From Hahella sp. KA22 (GTDB lineage: Bacteria > Pseudomonadota > Gammaproteobacteria > Pseudomonadales > Oleiphilaceae): 24,000 bases of DNA. Positions within the stretch are counted from its first letter, which is position 1; the number at the start of each line of letters is the position of its first letter. This document shows positions 1 to 8,336 of this stretch, piece by piece. Made by a program: the position numbers and the translations under genes. Location: contig NZ_CP035490.1 in the NCBI RefSeq assembly GCF_004135205.1, positions 3,925,644-3,949,643 on the forward strand. The letters are read 5' to 3'. The notes below the pieces were generated by a model. It did no database searches. It had not been told where the DNA came from and worked only from the letters and a program-made list of their open reading frames with translations.

Positions 1-20
1 ATGAAATAGGAATTTCGCTG

Positions 21-1139
21 ATGGCTTCCGTTACATTGCAAAACCTGGGCAAGCAATACAAAAAACAGACCGTGCTGCGGGATATCCACTTACAGGTCAG
101 AGACGGCGAGTTTCTGGTATTGGTGGGGCCTTCTGGCTGTGGCAAATCCACACTGCTGCGCATGATCGCCGGGCTGGAAACTGTTTCCGGCGGCGATATC
201 CGTATCGGCGAGCGCTTGGTGAATCAGCTGGACCCGGTGGACCGGGGCATCGCCATGGTGTTCCAGTCCTATGCGTTGTATCCCCACATGACCGTGTGGG
301 ACAACATGGCGTTTGGCCTGAAAATGGCCGGCGTCGCCAAACCGGAGCGGGAGCGGCGCATTCAACAGGCGGTGGAATTGCTGCAACTGCAACCGCTGGT
401 CCAGCGCAAACCGGCGGAGCTGTCCGGCGGTCAGCGTCAGCGCGTGGCCATTGGGCGTGCGATCGTGCGCAAGCCGGAGGTATTTCTGTTTGATGAGCCG
501 CTTTCCAACCTCGACGCCAAACTGCGGGATCAGATGCGGGTGCAACTGTCCGAACTGCATCAGCGCCTGGGGGCCACCATGATTTACGTCACCCATGACC
601 AGAAAGAAGCCATGACCATGGCGGACCGCATCGTGGTGATGCGCAATGGCGTTATCGAGCAAGTGGGTACGCCCCTGGAGTTATATCATCAGCCCGCCAA
701 CCGCTTTGTCGCCGGTTTTATCGGCTCACCCGCCATGAACTTTCTGCCCGTGCGCATGAGGGCGCTGACTGCCCGTGATGTTTCTCTGGAGCTGCCGTGG
801 GGGCAGGCGATTCAGGTCGACGCGTCCAGATTTAACTTGAATGCGGGGGGAGCAGGCCTGAAAGCTGGCGTGCAACTGGAGCTGGGCATACGCGCTCAGG
901 GGCTCGTCATCGACGACAGCAGCGACCTGCGCATGCAGGTTGACGTGGTGGAGGAGCTGGGCAATATCGCCTATGTGCATGGACGTATTCAAACGCATCG
1001 TCTGATCATGGAGACAACTACCCGAGCGCCTCGCGCCGGAACCGAGGTGGGCGTCAGATTAAAGCCGGACATGCTGCATCTGTTTGACGAGCATGCGATG
1101 AGTCTGGCCTCGCAGATGGAGCGCGCCCATGCTGCTTGA
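21..1139 (+). CDS. ABC transporter ATP-binding protein, UgpC/MalK-like (sugar/glycerol-phosphate type)
   Basis: Walker [10 protein letters not shown], signature [15 protein letters not shown], Walker [16 protein letters not shown]-loop YVTHDQ, and C-terminal MalK/TOBE-like extension. Confidence 0.95.
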   Translation: MASVTLQNLGKQYKKQTVLRDIHLQVRDGEFLVLVGPSGCGKSTLLRMIAGLETVSGGDIRIGERLVNQLDPVDRGIAMVFQSYALYPHMTVWDNMAFGLKMAGVAKPERERRIQQAVELLQLQPLVQRKPAELSGGQRQRVAIGRAIVRKPEVFLFDEPLSNLDAKLRDQMRVQLSELHQRLGATMIYVTHDQKEAMTMADRIVVMRNGVIEQVGTPLELYHQPANRFVAGFIGSPAMNFLPVRMRALTARDVSLELPWGQAIQVDASRFNLNAGGAGLKAGVQLELGIRAQGLVIDDSSDLRMQVDVVEELGNIAYVHGRIQTHRLIMETTTRAPRAGTEVGVRLKPDMLHLFDEHAMSLASQMERAHAA

Positions 1140-1941
1140 GATTATTGGAACCGGCGAAGCCTACGACCGTTATCGGGTGAACGCCGCGGTACTGGTGCAG
1201 GAACAGGACTTCCGCCTGCTGATCGATTGCGGACCAACAGTGCCCCAGGCGCTGTGGCGGCGTCAGTTGGCGGCGGACGCTATCGACGCGATCTATCTGA
1301 CCCACATTCATCCGGATCACGCCTCCGGCTTGACCGCGCTGTTGAACCAGTGGGGCTCCGCCGGGCGGCGTCAGCCTTTGCAGATTCTTTGTCAGCCCGG
1401 TCAGCAGGCGCACCTGGAGTGGATGTCCACTTATGCGGCCTGGCCTGAACAGTTGCCCTTCGCTATTCAGTGGCGCGACGCCAGCCTGACCACGGAAATC
1501 GGCCCCTGGACGCTGCAAACGGCGCCGACCCAGCACAGCGTTAGCAATCTGGCGTTGCGCCTGGAGCAAAAAGGGCCCGTTTCCCATCCTACGGGCTCTC
1601 TGTTTTACAGCGGAGACGGTCGTCCGACCGCCGCAAGCGCCAGCTTGATGAGGGGATGCGTGATGGCCATGCAGGAGTGTTTTTCTCCTATGGAGCAGGG
1701 CGAGGGCAGCCATCATGGCGACTTGCCCGGCTGCCTGCGCCAATTGCAAAGCGCCCGTCCTCGTCATTTATTGCTGTATCACATTGAAGACGGCCAGCAT
1801 ACCGCTGTGGCCGAGTCCATCCGATCTCGCGTCGATGTGTCGGTGGCGGAGGATGGGGAGCGCTGGTGTTGCATCACCGGCGCGCCACTGAACGCGCGAT
1901 TAGATCAGCAAGGAGAACGCTATGCAGCGGGAGCAGGCTGA
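1129..1941 (+). CDS. MBL-fold metallo-hydrolase (RNase Z/PhnP-like fold)
   Basis: [10 protein letters not shown] motif (HxHxDH) in 270 aa; overlaps the upstream ABC gene by 11 nt. Confidence 0.85.
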   Translation: MLLEIIGTGEAYDRYRVNAAVLVQEQDFRLLIDCGPTVPQALWRRQLAADAIDAIYLTHIHPDHASGLTALLNQWGSAGRRQPLQILCQPGQQAHLEWMSTYAAWPEQLPFAIQWRDASLTTEIGPWTLQTAPTQHSVSNLALRLEQKGPVSHPTGSLFYSGDGRPTAASASLMRGCVMAMQECFSPMEQGEGSHHGDLPGCLRQLQSARPRHLLLYHIEDGQHTAVAESIRSRVDVSVAEDGERWCCITGAPLNARLDQQGERYAAGAG

Positions 1942-2710
1942 AGCGATTCTGCGGGAAGCCGGCGAACTGGCGCTGAGTTATTTCAGTCAGCGCGCTTCCT
2001 TGCGAGTGGAGCGAAAGGCCCGCCAGGATCTGGTCAGTGAGGCGGATCGGAACGTGGAGAGCCTGATACGGCGGCGCATTCAGGCGCTTTGTCCCGATGA
2101 CGGCCTGTTTGGCGAAGAGTTTGGCTTAGCGGCGACTTCCCGCTCGCATGGCGGCGCAGCATGTGTCTGGGTGATAGACCCCATCGACGGCACTACCAAT
2201 TTTCTGCGCGGCATTCCAGAGTTCGCTATCACTCTGTGTCGGGTGACCGACGGCGGGCCTGATATGGGACTGATCTATCATCCCCTTAGGCGGGAGATGC
2301 TATTCGCCGCCAAAGGCCAGGGCGCCTGCCGCAACGGCGTACGTTATCAGATTGAGTCGACGCCAGTGACGGCGGATAACGCTGTGTTGGGTCTGGGCTA
2401 TAACCTGAAGTCGGACAATGCGCAGCGGGCCATCTCTATCATGGGCCGTTGGACCGAGGCGGGCTGTGTGACCCGGCAGACAGGGTCGGCGGCGGTGGGA
2501 CTCAGTCAGGCGATTATCGGTCTGACCGACGGTTTCTACGAGCCTCAGCTGAACAGTTGGGACGCCCTGGCGGGACAGTTGATCGCAACCGAGGCGGGCT
2601 TACGCAGTTCCACGTTTCTGTGCGGAGAGCGTTTGACCCGGGGCGGACCAGTATGGATCGCCCGACCGGAACTGTTTGATCTGGTCAGGGAAGAGGAGAC
2701 CGCCTGGTGA
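1922..2710 (+). CDS. Inositol monophosphatase family protein
   Basis: GLFGEEFG, WVIDPIDGTTNFLRGIP and C-terminal NSWDALAG motifs of the IMPase family; overlaps the previous gene. Confidence 0.93.
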   Translation: MQREQAEAILREAGELALSYFSQRASLRVERKARQDLVSEADRNVESLIRRRIQALCPDDGLFGEEFGLAATSRSHGGAACVWVIDPIDGTTNFLRGIPEFAITLCRVTDGGPDMGLIYHPLRREMLFAAKGQGACRNGVRYQIESTPVTADNAVLGLGYNLKSDNAQRAISIMGRWTEAGCVTRQTGSAAVGLSQAIIGLTDGFYEPQLNSWDALAGQLIATEAGLRSSTFLCGERLTRGGPVWIARPELFDLVREEETAW

Positions 2711-3717
2711 TGCAGGACAAACGCATTACATCCGATGATGTGGCGAGATTGGCGGGGGTGTCACGCTCCGCCGTTTCCCGCACCTTTACTCCTGGCGCCA
2801 GCGTGTCGGAATCGACGCGCAACAGTGTCATCGCCGCCGCCAGAAAACTCGGGTACCGTCCCAACGCCCTGGCGCGCTCACTTACGGGACAACAGAGCGG
2901 TCTGGTGGCGGTGGTGATGGCGGAATTCGCCAATCCCTACGAATCCCAAGTGTTTTACGCGCTGACTCAGGCGCTGCAGAAGCTGGATAAGGTTTCCATG
3001 CTGGTGACGCCGGATGAATCCGGCGACATCAATAACTCATTGCAGCTGGTGGGCGCCTATCAGGTGGACAGCGCGATTATCGCCGCCGGTTCGTTGTCGC
3101 TGCAGGCGACGCAGATCTGTTTGACCATGGGAATTCCCTCTGTGTTGATGGGCCGCGACGACCCTTTCGGCAAAATCTGCTCGGTGCAGACCGATAACCG
3201 CATGGCTGGACGCCTGGCGGCGGAGCATCTGGTGAATTCCGGCGCCCAGCGACCTGCTTATATCGGCGGCCGTCCCGACGGACAGGCTTCTCAGGAGCGC
3301 AAGCAAGGTTTCTTAGACAGTCTGCGGGACCAGGGCGTCGAACCGCTGGGCCATTGCGACAACCCGGATTACAGCTATCAAAGCGGTTATCAAAGCGCCC
3401 TGGAATTACTGCAACGTCGTCCGGAAATCGACAGCCTCTTTTGCGCCTGCGACGCGCTCGCCTTCGGGGCCATGGACGCGATACGTCAACAACTGGGCCG
3501 AAAGACGCCGCAAGATATTCAGTTTGTCGGCGCGGACAACGTGCCCATGGCTGAATGGCCGGGTTATCAGCTGACCACCATCAGCCAGCCCGTGGAGCTG
3601 TTGGCGCAGGCGGTCATGGAAAATCTGGAGATCATTCTGACCCAGGGCCAGGCCATGGCCCGTTCCCGCCGCGTCGCCCCCTGGCTGGTGTCGCGGGCGA
3701 CCACTCGTAATTCTTGA
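2707..3717 (+). CDS. LacI-family transcriptional regulator
   Basis: N-terminal HTH DVARLAGVSRSAVSRTFTPGASVSESTR, followed by a periplasmic-binding-like effector domain; ATGA-type overlap with the upstream gene. Confidence 0.95.
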   Translation: MMQDKRITSDDVARLAGVSRSAVSRTFTPGASVSESTRNSVIAAARKLGYRPNALARSLTGQQSGLVAVVMAEFANPYESQVFYALTQALQKLDKVSMLVTPDESGDINNSLQLVGAYQVDSAIIAAGSLSLQATQICLTMGIPSVLMGRDDPFGKICSVQTDNRMAGRLAAEHLVNSGAQRPAYIGGRPDGQASQERKQGFLDSLRDQGVEPLGHCDNPDYSYQSGYQSALELLQRRPEIDSLFCACDALAFGAMDAIRQQLGRKTPQDIQFVGADNVPMAEWPGYQLTTISQPVELLAQAVMENLEIILTQGQAMARSRRVAPWLVSRATTRNS

Positions 3718-3732
3718 TGGCTTGTGGCGGTT

Positions 3733-3768
3733 TAAAAGCCCCCCTGAAACGGTTCAGAAGGGCTTTTT
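3733..3768 (+). terminator. Rho-independent terminator after the ABC/MBL/IMPase/LacI operon
   Basis: AAAGCCC...TGAA/TTCA...GGGCTTTTT stem followed by a T-run, 15 nt after the LacI stop. Confidence 0.75.
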
Positions 3769-3783
3769 CGCAGTCATTTAGGG

Positions 3784-5280
3784 CTAAAAAGACGTCTGCG
3801 GCCAGTCCGACACGGATTCCAGATAGAATTTCTGGTTGTCGCCGCCGCTGCAGCGCCAGATTTGCCATTGTTCGGAGGATTCCGCAGTTCCGCCGGGGAT
3901 ATCCATGCAATGGCTGCCGTTGTTGTCCAGGTTCTGGAACTCGCCGGCCTCGGTGATGCGCCATTTCTCGGAACTTCCGCCGTCGCAATCCCACAAGTGC
4001 ATTTTGTCGCCGTTGTCCGCGGAGCCGGTACTGAAGTCAGCGCAGTAGCGGTTATCGCCTTTGGGGCGTAACTGGCCTTCCGCGGTATACACGAACTGCT
4101 GATTATCCCCGCCGCCGCAGGCCCAGGACAGCAGGTCGCCGCCATTGCCGTACTGCGCCTTATCCACATCCAGGCAGTACTCCGGTCTCACCTTGGGTTT
4201 GATTTTGAAGTACCCCGGTAAGCCCCGGCGCTGGCCAACCAGGGGAATGGAGCTGGCGGTCCAGCCAGGCGTGGAGGAGGGCGCGTCCAGATTCCAGCTG
4301 ATCACGGAGACGCCGTGGGCCACCGCCAGCCAGGCGCTCTCGTAGGAAGTGTTGGCGAAATCTCCGGCGGCGCCCCACAGGTGCATGATCTGTTTATATT
4401 GAGCCGCGCGGTTGGCGGTGAGCTGATAATGGTCGCCGGCTTTCACGTTGCCGCAGAAAAAGTAGGTGGAATGTTCGGCGGACATGGAGTCGATGGCGCC
4501 AGAGAATTCGTCCGCGTCGGCGGTGTCGATGTCTGGACACAGAAAAGTGGACTGAGCGCCGAAACGATTCATCAGCGCCGTCTCCATACGTCCGTTAACG
4601 TCGCCGATAAAGCCCCCGGTCAACACCACGATCAGTTTGCCTTTCAGCTCCGAGACCTTCGGCCAGCCCACGTTTTTCAAGGTGTTGCGATAGTTGGACT
4701 GGAAATGTGGATTAAGGCGGTTGATCAGGTCCTGATACTGATAGAACCGGTTGCCGAGGCGGCTGTTCAGGTAATTGCCGATAAACTCATCCAGCTGCTC
4801 CACTTCCGAGGCATACCAGGCGTTCAACGGGTCCCAACTGGCTTTCATGTCGACGAACAGAACCAGCGGCATGGCGTTGGGGTGACCGTTCATCCAGCTC
4901 ACTACGTCGTCCAGGCAATGACCAAGCTGGTCGTCGCTGCCTGCGCTGCAGTTCTGATTTCCGGGGGAGGCGCTGTGGGAGACGTAGGGGCCTTTATCCC
5001 AGCTTTCCCAGTCGCCGCGGTCGATGACATCCAGCTCCAGGGTGCGATAACCGCGCTCAAGCCACTCGCTCAAACGACTTCCATGTTCAAAGCTGTTGTG
5101 AGGTTGCGCGTAGTACAACTCGTCAAAACGATGATTGTCATTGGCGGCTTTGGCCTGGAACGGCGGATAGAACGTTTCACCCGCGTTGGCGCCTGTGCTG
5201 AATCCCAATGAGAATGCGACGGAGCAAACGGCGGCCAGGACGGCGGGCGTTTTCCATTTGAATAACATGCGATATCTCAA
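3784..5280 (-). CDS. Secreted phosphatidylinositol-specific phospholipase C-like protein with ricin-type beta-trefoil lectin C-terminus
   Basis: Signal peptide (MLFKWKTPAVLAAVCSVAFSLGFSTGANA); YYAQPHNSFEHGSRLSEWLERGYRTLELDV and LVLFVDMK of the PI-PLC X type; C-terminal YCLDVDKAQYGNGGDLLSWACGGGDNQQF and HCMDIPGG...WQIWRCSGGDNQKF, which are ricin-B/QxW-like repeats. Confidence 0.8.
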   Translation of the reverse strand: MRYRMLFKWKTPAVLAAVCSVAFSLGFSTGANAGETFYPPFQAKAANDNHRFDELYYAQPHNSFEHGSRLSEWLERGYRTLELDVIDRGDWESWDKGPYVSHSASPGNQNCSAGSDDQLGHCLDDVVSWMNGHPNAMPLVLFVDMKASWDPLNAWYASEVEQLDEFIGNYLNSRLGNRFYQYQDLINRLNPHFQSNYRNTLKNVGWPKVSELKGKLIVVLTGGFIGDVNGRMETALMNRFGAQSTFLCPDIDTADADEFSGAIDSMSAEHSTYFFCGNVKAGDHYQLTANRAAQYKQIMHLWGAAGDFANTSYESAWLAVAHGVSVISWNLDAPSSTPGWTASSIPLVGQRRGLPGYFKIKPKVRPEYCLDVDKAQYGNGGDLLSWACGGGDNQQFVYTAEGQLRPKGDNRYCADFSTGSADNGDKMHLWDCDGGSSEKWRITEAGEFQNLDNNGSHCMDIPGGTAESSEQWQIWRCSGGDNQKFYLESVSDWPQTSF

Positions 5281-5612
5281 CTCTGCTCAATTTCCGGCCA
5301 AACGCCACCCGTGCTTGCAGCAGAATCGCTGAAAACCTCAGGCGCGTTTAACGCGAAAGATGTGTGATATCCAGAGCCGAGAAACAGATGCGCCTCTCGG
5401 CCCCGGCGTTTGCAGTGGCCGCCACGATGTCATCTTGAAAAAAACAAATGACAGCGCAGTGAAGCGGAGTTGAAGGTTATTCGTGCATGGCCGTGCAACG
5501 GGATGGCTGGCGACGCCGCCGGGATCGCTATGCGGCGGCGCGATCTCTTTCCTGACGGCGACGCAGATCGGCCTTGAAACGGCGGGCGCTACAACAGCGG
5601 CCGGAATTAACA

Positions 5613-5642
5613 GCAGGTCGAAAAAGCGCAGCGCCTTTCGAG
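5613..5642 (+). repeat. REP-like palindrome, type A (diverged copy)
   Basis: GCAGGTCGAAAAAGCGCAGCGCCTTTCGAG aligns to 6596-6625 and 6819-6848. Confidence 0.6.
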
Positions 5643-5714
5643 GTTTAGCGCTATGTCTACGTAGGATTAATGCATTCAAATACAGTTGGTTGTAAGATAT
5701 TTTTAATGCTGATT

Positions 5715-5744
5715 GTTGGATGGCGCTGCGTTTATCCAACCTAC
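5715..5744 (-). repeat. REP-like palindrome, type B
   Basis: gttggatggcgctgcgtttatccaacctac; minus strand reads GTAGGTTGGATAAACGCAGCGCCATCCAAC with GTAG head. Confidence 0.75.
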
Positions 5745-5774
5745 GTTTATCACTGCATGCGCTGATTTGCGGGT

Positions 5775-6599
5775 GTGAAAATGGATAGAACCGACGTTTG
5801 CTGGGACATGCTCTACATCGGCTGGGATGTGGGCGGCTGGAACTGCGATAGCAACAGTAAAAGCCGTGACGCCTTGGCGGTGTTGGATAATCAGCGCAAC
5901 CTGCTGGGCAAGCCCTGGCGAGGGAATTTGCGGACAGTTATCAATCAGGCCGCCACCACGGCGGAATGGATTCAGGCGCTGCTTGATTGCTGCGAGGTCA
6001 AATGGGCACTTCCTGCTGTGACCCTAGCAATCGATACGCCTTTGGGCTTCTCCCTGGCGTTGCAGCAACTGATCACTGGTGGAGCTCCAGTCGACCGGCT
6101 GGATGAGTCCGCCGCCAACCCTTATCTGTTCCGTTTCACTGAGCGTTTTTTATTCCAACATGGCTTGACGCCACTGTCTGTGGTCAAAGATATGATCGGC
6201 AGTCAGGCCACGAAAGGCATGCATGCGCTCGCAAAATTCGCGTCTCGGCGAAAATCCGTGGGTGTTTGGGAAGGGGATGGTCAGCTTCAGGCAATCGAAG
6301 CCTATCCGTCGTCCTGCAAACACTCCGACCTTATGGCGACGCTGCTGGAGCCATTTTGCTCTGAGCGGCGCAGCGACAAGCAGCCCATACGTGATCACTG
6401 GCGAGACGCCGCATTTATAGCGAACATCGACCATGACGACAAACGGGACGCACTGATCTGCGCCTTGATCGCCTGGCTGTTCGTGAACCAGCCCGAACAG
6501 CTCCAACAGCCTGAACCCGGTACCCCTTTGTCGGAAGGCTGGATCTTCGTCCCCAGAGATGGATTGGATGTAAAGATGAAAAGCTACAAAACCAAGTAG
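5775..6599 (+). CDS. DUF429 domain-containing protein (predicted RNase H-like fold); real start may be ATG 5781 or 5808
   Basis: MLYIGWDVGGWNCD start typical of DUF429, internal LAIDTPLGF, and YPSSCKHSDLMATL / KRDALICALIAWLF C-terminal motifs. Confidence 0.7.
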   Translation: MKMDRTDVCWDMLYIGWDVGGWNCDSNSKSRDALAVLDNQRNLLGKPWRGNLRTVINQAATTAEWIQALLDCCEVKWALPAVTLAIDTPLGFSLALQQLITGGAPVDRLDESAANPYLFRFTERFLFQHGLTPLSVVKDMIGSQATKGMHALAKFASRRKSVGVWEGDGQLQAIEAYPSSCKHSDLMATLLEPFCSERRSDKQPIRDHWRDAAFIANIDHDDKRDALICALIAWLFVNQPEQLQQPEPGTPLSEGWIFVPRDGLDVKMKSYKTK

Positions 6600-6625
6600 G
6601 TCGGAAAAGTGCAGCGCCTTCCGAC
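6596..6625 (+). repeat. REP-like palindrome, type A; its GTAG head supplies the TAG stop of the DUF429 ORF
   Basis: GTAGGTCGGAAAAGTGCAGCGCCTTCCGAC. Confidence 0.8.
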
Positions 6626-6690
6626 GCTATGTTTTCATGTGAGTAAATGCAATTAATTTAATGGATTGAGATTGTTTGTTAAATCCGTTT

Positions 6691-6720
6691 GTTGGATGGC
6701 GCTTTGCTTATCCAACCTAC
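6691..6720 (-). repeat. REP-like palindrome, type B
   Basis: gttggatggcgctttgcttatccaacctac; identical 30-mer at 22274-22303. Confidence 0.85.
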
Positions 6721-6741
6721 GTTTATGAGTTGGAAGATGTC

Positions 6742-6772
6742 GGGGAAGTGCGGGCGGGCCGCCCGCGCTCCC
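6742..6772. repeat. GC-rich palindromic repeat, left copy
   Basis: GGGGAAGTGCGGGCGGGCCGCCCGCGCTCCC, identical to 9407-9437; core GCGGGCGG-G-CCGCCCGC is palindromic. Confidence 0.85.
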
Positions 6773-6818
6773 AGGACAGTCAGGGCTTGAGCAGGCTTTG
6801 TGTTTCGTCGCGAGTTGG

Positions 6819-6848
6819 GTAGGCCGGAAAAGCGAAGCGCCTTCCGAC
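6819..6848 (+). repeat. REP-like palindrome, type A
   Basis: GTAGGCCGGAAAAGCGAAGCGCCTTCCGAC. Confidence 0.8.
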
Positions 6849-7087
6849 GCTGTGTTGCTCTCTTTTTAATGTCATTAATATCAATAAGTTGAATGGTTTT
6901 GTTAAGCCAAATAGTTGGATGTGTCAGATTGACGCGGCAATGGCGCTGGGAGTGCATCAGGCCGCCTTAATGCTACCCAGCCTAATTGCAGGATTACTGT
7001 GCGGTGATTTAAATGAGCTAGATTTTATTATGTGCCGCCAGACTCAGTCGTAGCACAGGAACTGTTGAAGGAAATGAGGATAATGCA

Positions 7088-7687
7088 ATGCCGAGGGATA
7101 TTAAAAATAAAATGCTGGTTTACCATCTGACTGCGCTGGAGAACCTGCCATCTATTCTTGCTAATGGGCTAATGGCGCGTGCTGAGCTGCAGGCAAATTC
7201 CTTCGAGGATATTGCTGATTCTGAGATAATTCGATCCCGTGCCGAGCAAAGTTTAGATAGTTATGTACCCTTTCATTTTTTTTCTAGAACACCTTTTGAC
7301 TACGCAGCTCAGCGTGGGAATATAGACGTTCCTTTTATTTTGATTGCGGTACGAAGATCTCATGCAAAAGCAAGGTCTTGGAAAATTATTCCAAGACACC
7401 CCTTATCTCTTAACAATGGCGAAAAAGTCGTAATTATGGAGTATGACCAGGGAATTGAAGCAATTAATTGGGCGCTGATGGAAAGCACCGATCACTGCTA
7501 CGGTGCAGACTCTGATTATAAACAGGCATGTATGGCGGAGTGTTTATCGCCAACAGCCGTGAGTGCTGCCAATTTCCATTCAATATTTGTGAAAACAGAC
7601 GAAGATAAGTCTATCGTACTTGGCCTGCTAAAGGAGGCTGGCATTGACCTACATGTCAACCTAGTTCCGACTATGTTTGTTAATTAA
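7088..7687 (+). CDS. DarT-like (DUF4433-type) ADP-ribosyltransferase, first of two tandem copies
   Basis: YHLTALENLPSILANGL (NAD-binding-like start), IADSEIIRSRAE, YVPFHFFSRTPFDYAAQRGN and KQACMAECLSP (putative catalytic Glu) follow the DarT architecture. Confidence 0.75.
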   Translation: MPRDIKNKMLVYHLTALENLPSILANGLMARAELQANSFEDIADSEIIRSRAEQSLDSYVPFHFFSRTPFDYAAQRGNIDVPFILIAVRRSHAKARSWKIIPRHPLSLNNGEKVVIMEYDQGIEAINWALMESTDHCYGADSDYKQACMAECLSPTAVSAANFHSIFVKTDEDKSIVLGLLKEAGIDLHVNLVPTMFVN

Positions 7688-7691
7688 TACA

Positions 7692-8336
7692 ATGATCTAT
7701 ACCAGTTTGAACCCACAGAAAGCGCTCATCTGGCGCATTGTTCATCGTGAAAATGTTCCTTGGATTCTAGACCACGGTTTGCACTGTGGAAACAGTCCAG
7801 TTAGCTCGTCTAATTGGGTGAGTATTGGTAATCCTGAGTTAACTGACAAACGCGCGACGCATGCAGTTCCCGTGGGGCCAAAAGGATACTTGAATGACTA
7901 TGTGCCTTTCTATTTCACTCCGTTCTCCCCAATGATGAAAAATATTCACAGCGGATGGGGAGGAATTAAACAGCGGCCGAATGAGGAGATTGTAATTCTC
8001 GTTTCCGACTTGTACCGTGTCAGCGAAATGGGGCTACCCTTTGTTTTTACCAATGGGCATGCATATTACGCTTGGACCGACTTCTTCACTGACCTAGACG
8101 ACCTAGAAAATATTGATTGGACTATTATCCAGTCCAGAGATTTCAAGCGAGACCCTAATGACCCAGCCAAATTCGAGCGATATCAGGCTGAGGCACTGAT
8201 ACATCAATCTTGTCCAGTCGATGCCTTAAAGGGCATGGTTTGTTACACTGAAAACACAAAAAAACGATTGGATGGTTGGTTGCACGAGCGACAAATGGCC
8301 ATGCCAGTTCATGCGCGGCCAAGGTGGTATTTCTAA
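7692..8336 (+). CDS. darT: DarT-type ssDNA ADP-ribosyltransferase toxin; ORF track starts at TTG 7677, ATG at 7692 preferred
   Basis: [86 protein letters not shown] and [11 protein letters not shown] all match DarT; C-terminal PRWYF. Confidence 0.9.
   Translation: MIYTSLNPQKALIWRIVHRENVPWILDHGLHCGNSPVSSSNWVSIGNPELTDKRATHAVPVGPKGYLNDYVPFYFTPFSPMMKNIHSGWGGIKQRPNEEIVILVSDLYRVSEMGLPFVFTNGHAYYAWTDFFTDLDDLENIDWTIIQSRDFKRDPNDPAKFERYQAEALIHQSCPVDALKGMVCYTENTKKRLDGWLHERQMAMPVHARPRWYF

Noticed and set aside
5338-5739. 133-aa minus-strand ORF
   Set aside because: It runs across both REP elements (its MDKRSAIQQS start is REP type B sequence) and has no protein-like domain; likely spurious.
6911-6940. 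Possible fourth partner REP (agttggatgtgtcagattgacgcgg)
   Set aside because: Only the GTTGGAT arm is recognisable; the return arm is missing, so it is not called.
6679-6957. 92-aa minus-strand ORF
   Set aside because: It is composed of REP and GC-palindrome sequence (GARAARPHFPD, RRKALRFSGLP), so it is an artefact of repeats.
7677-7691. TTG-started extension of the second DarT
   Set aside because: ATG at 7692 lies right after the upstream stop and fits the canonical DarT start better.
8276-8335. N-terminal extension of DarG in the ORF track
   Set aside because: The extension has no homology look and overlaps darT. The TAATG junction gives a better start at 8336 with MISYAQGN.
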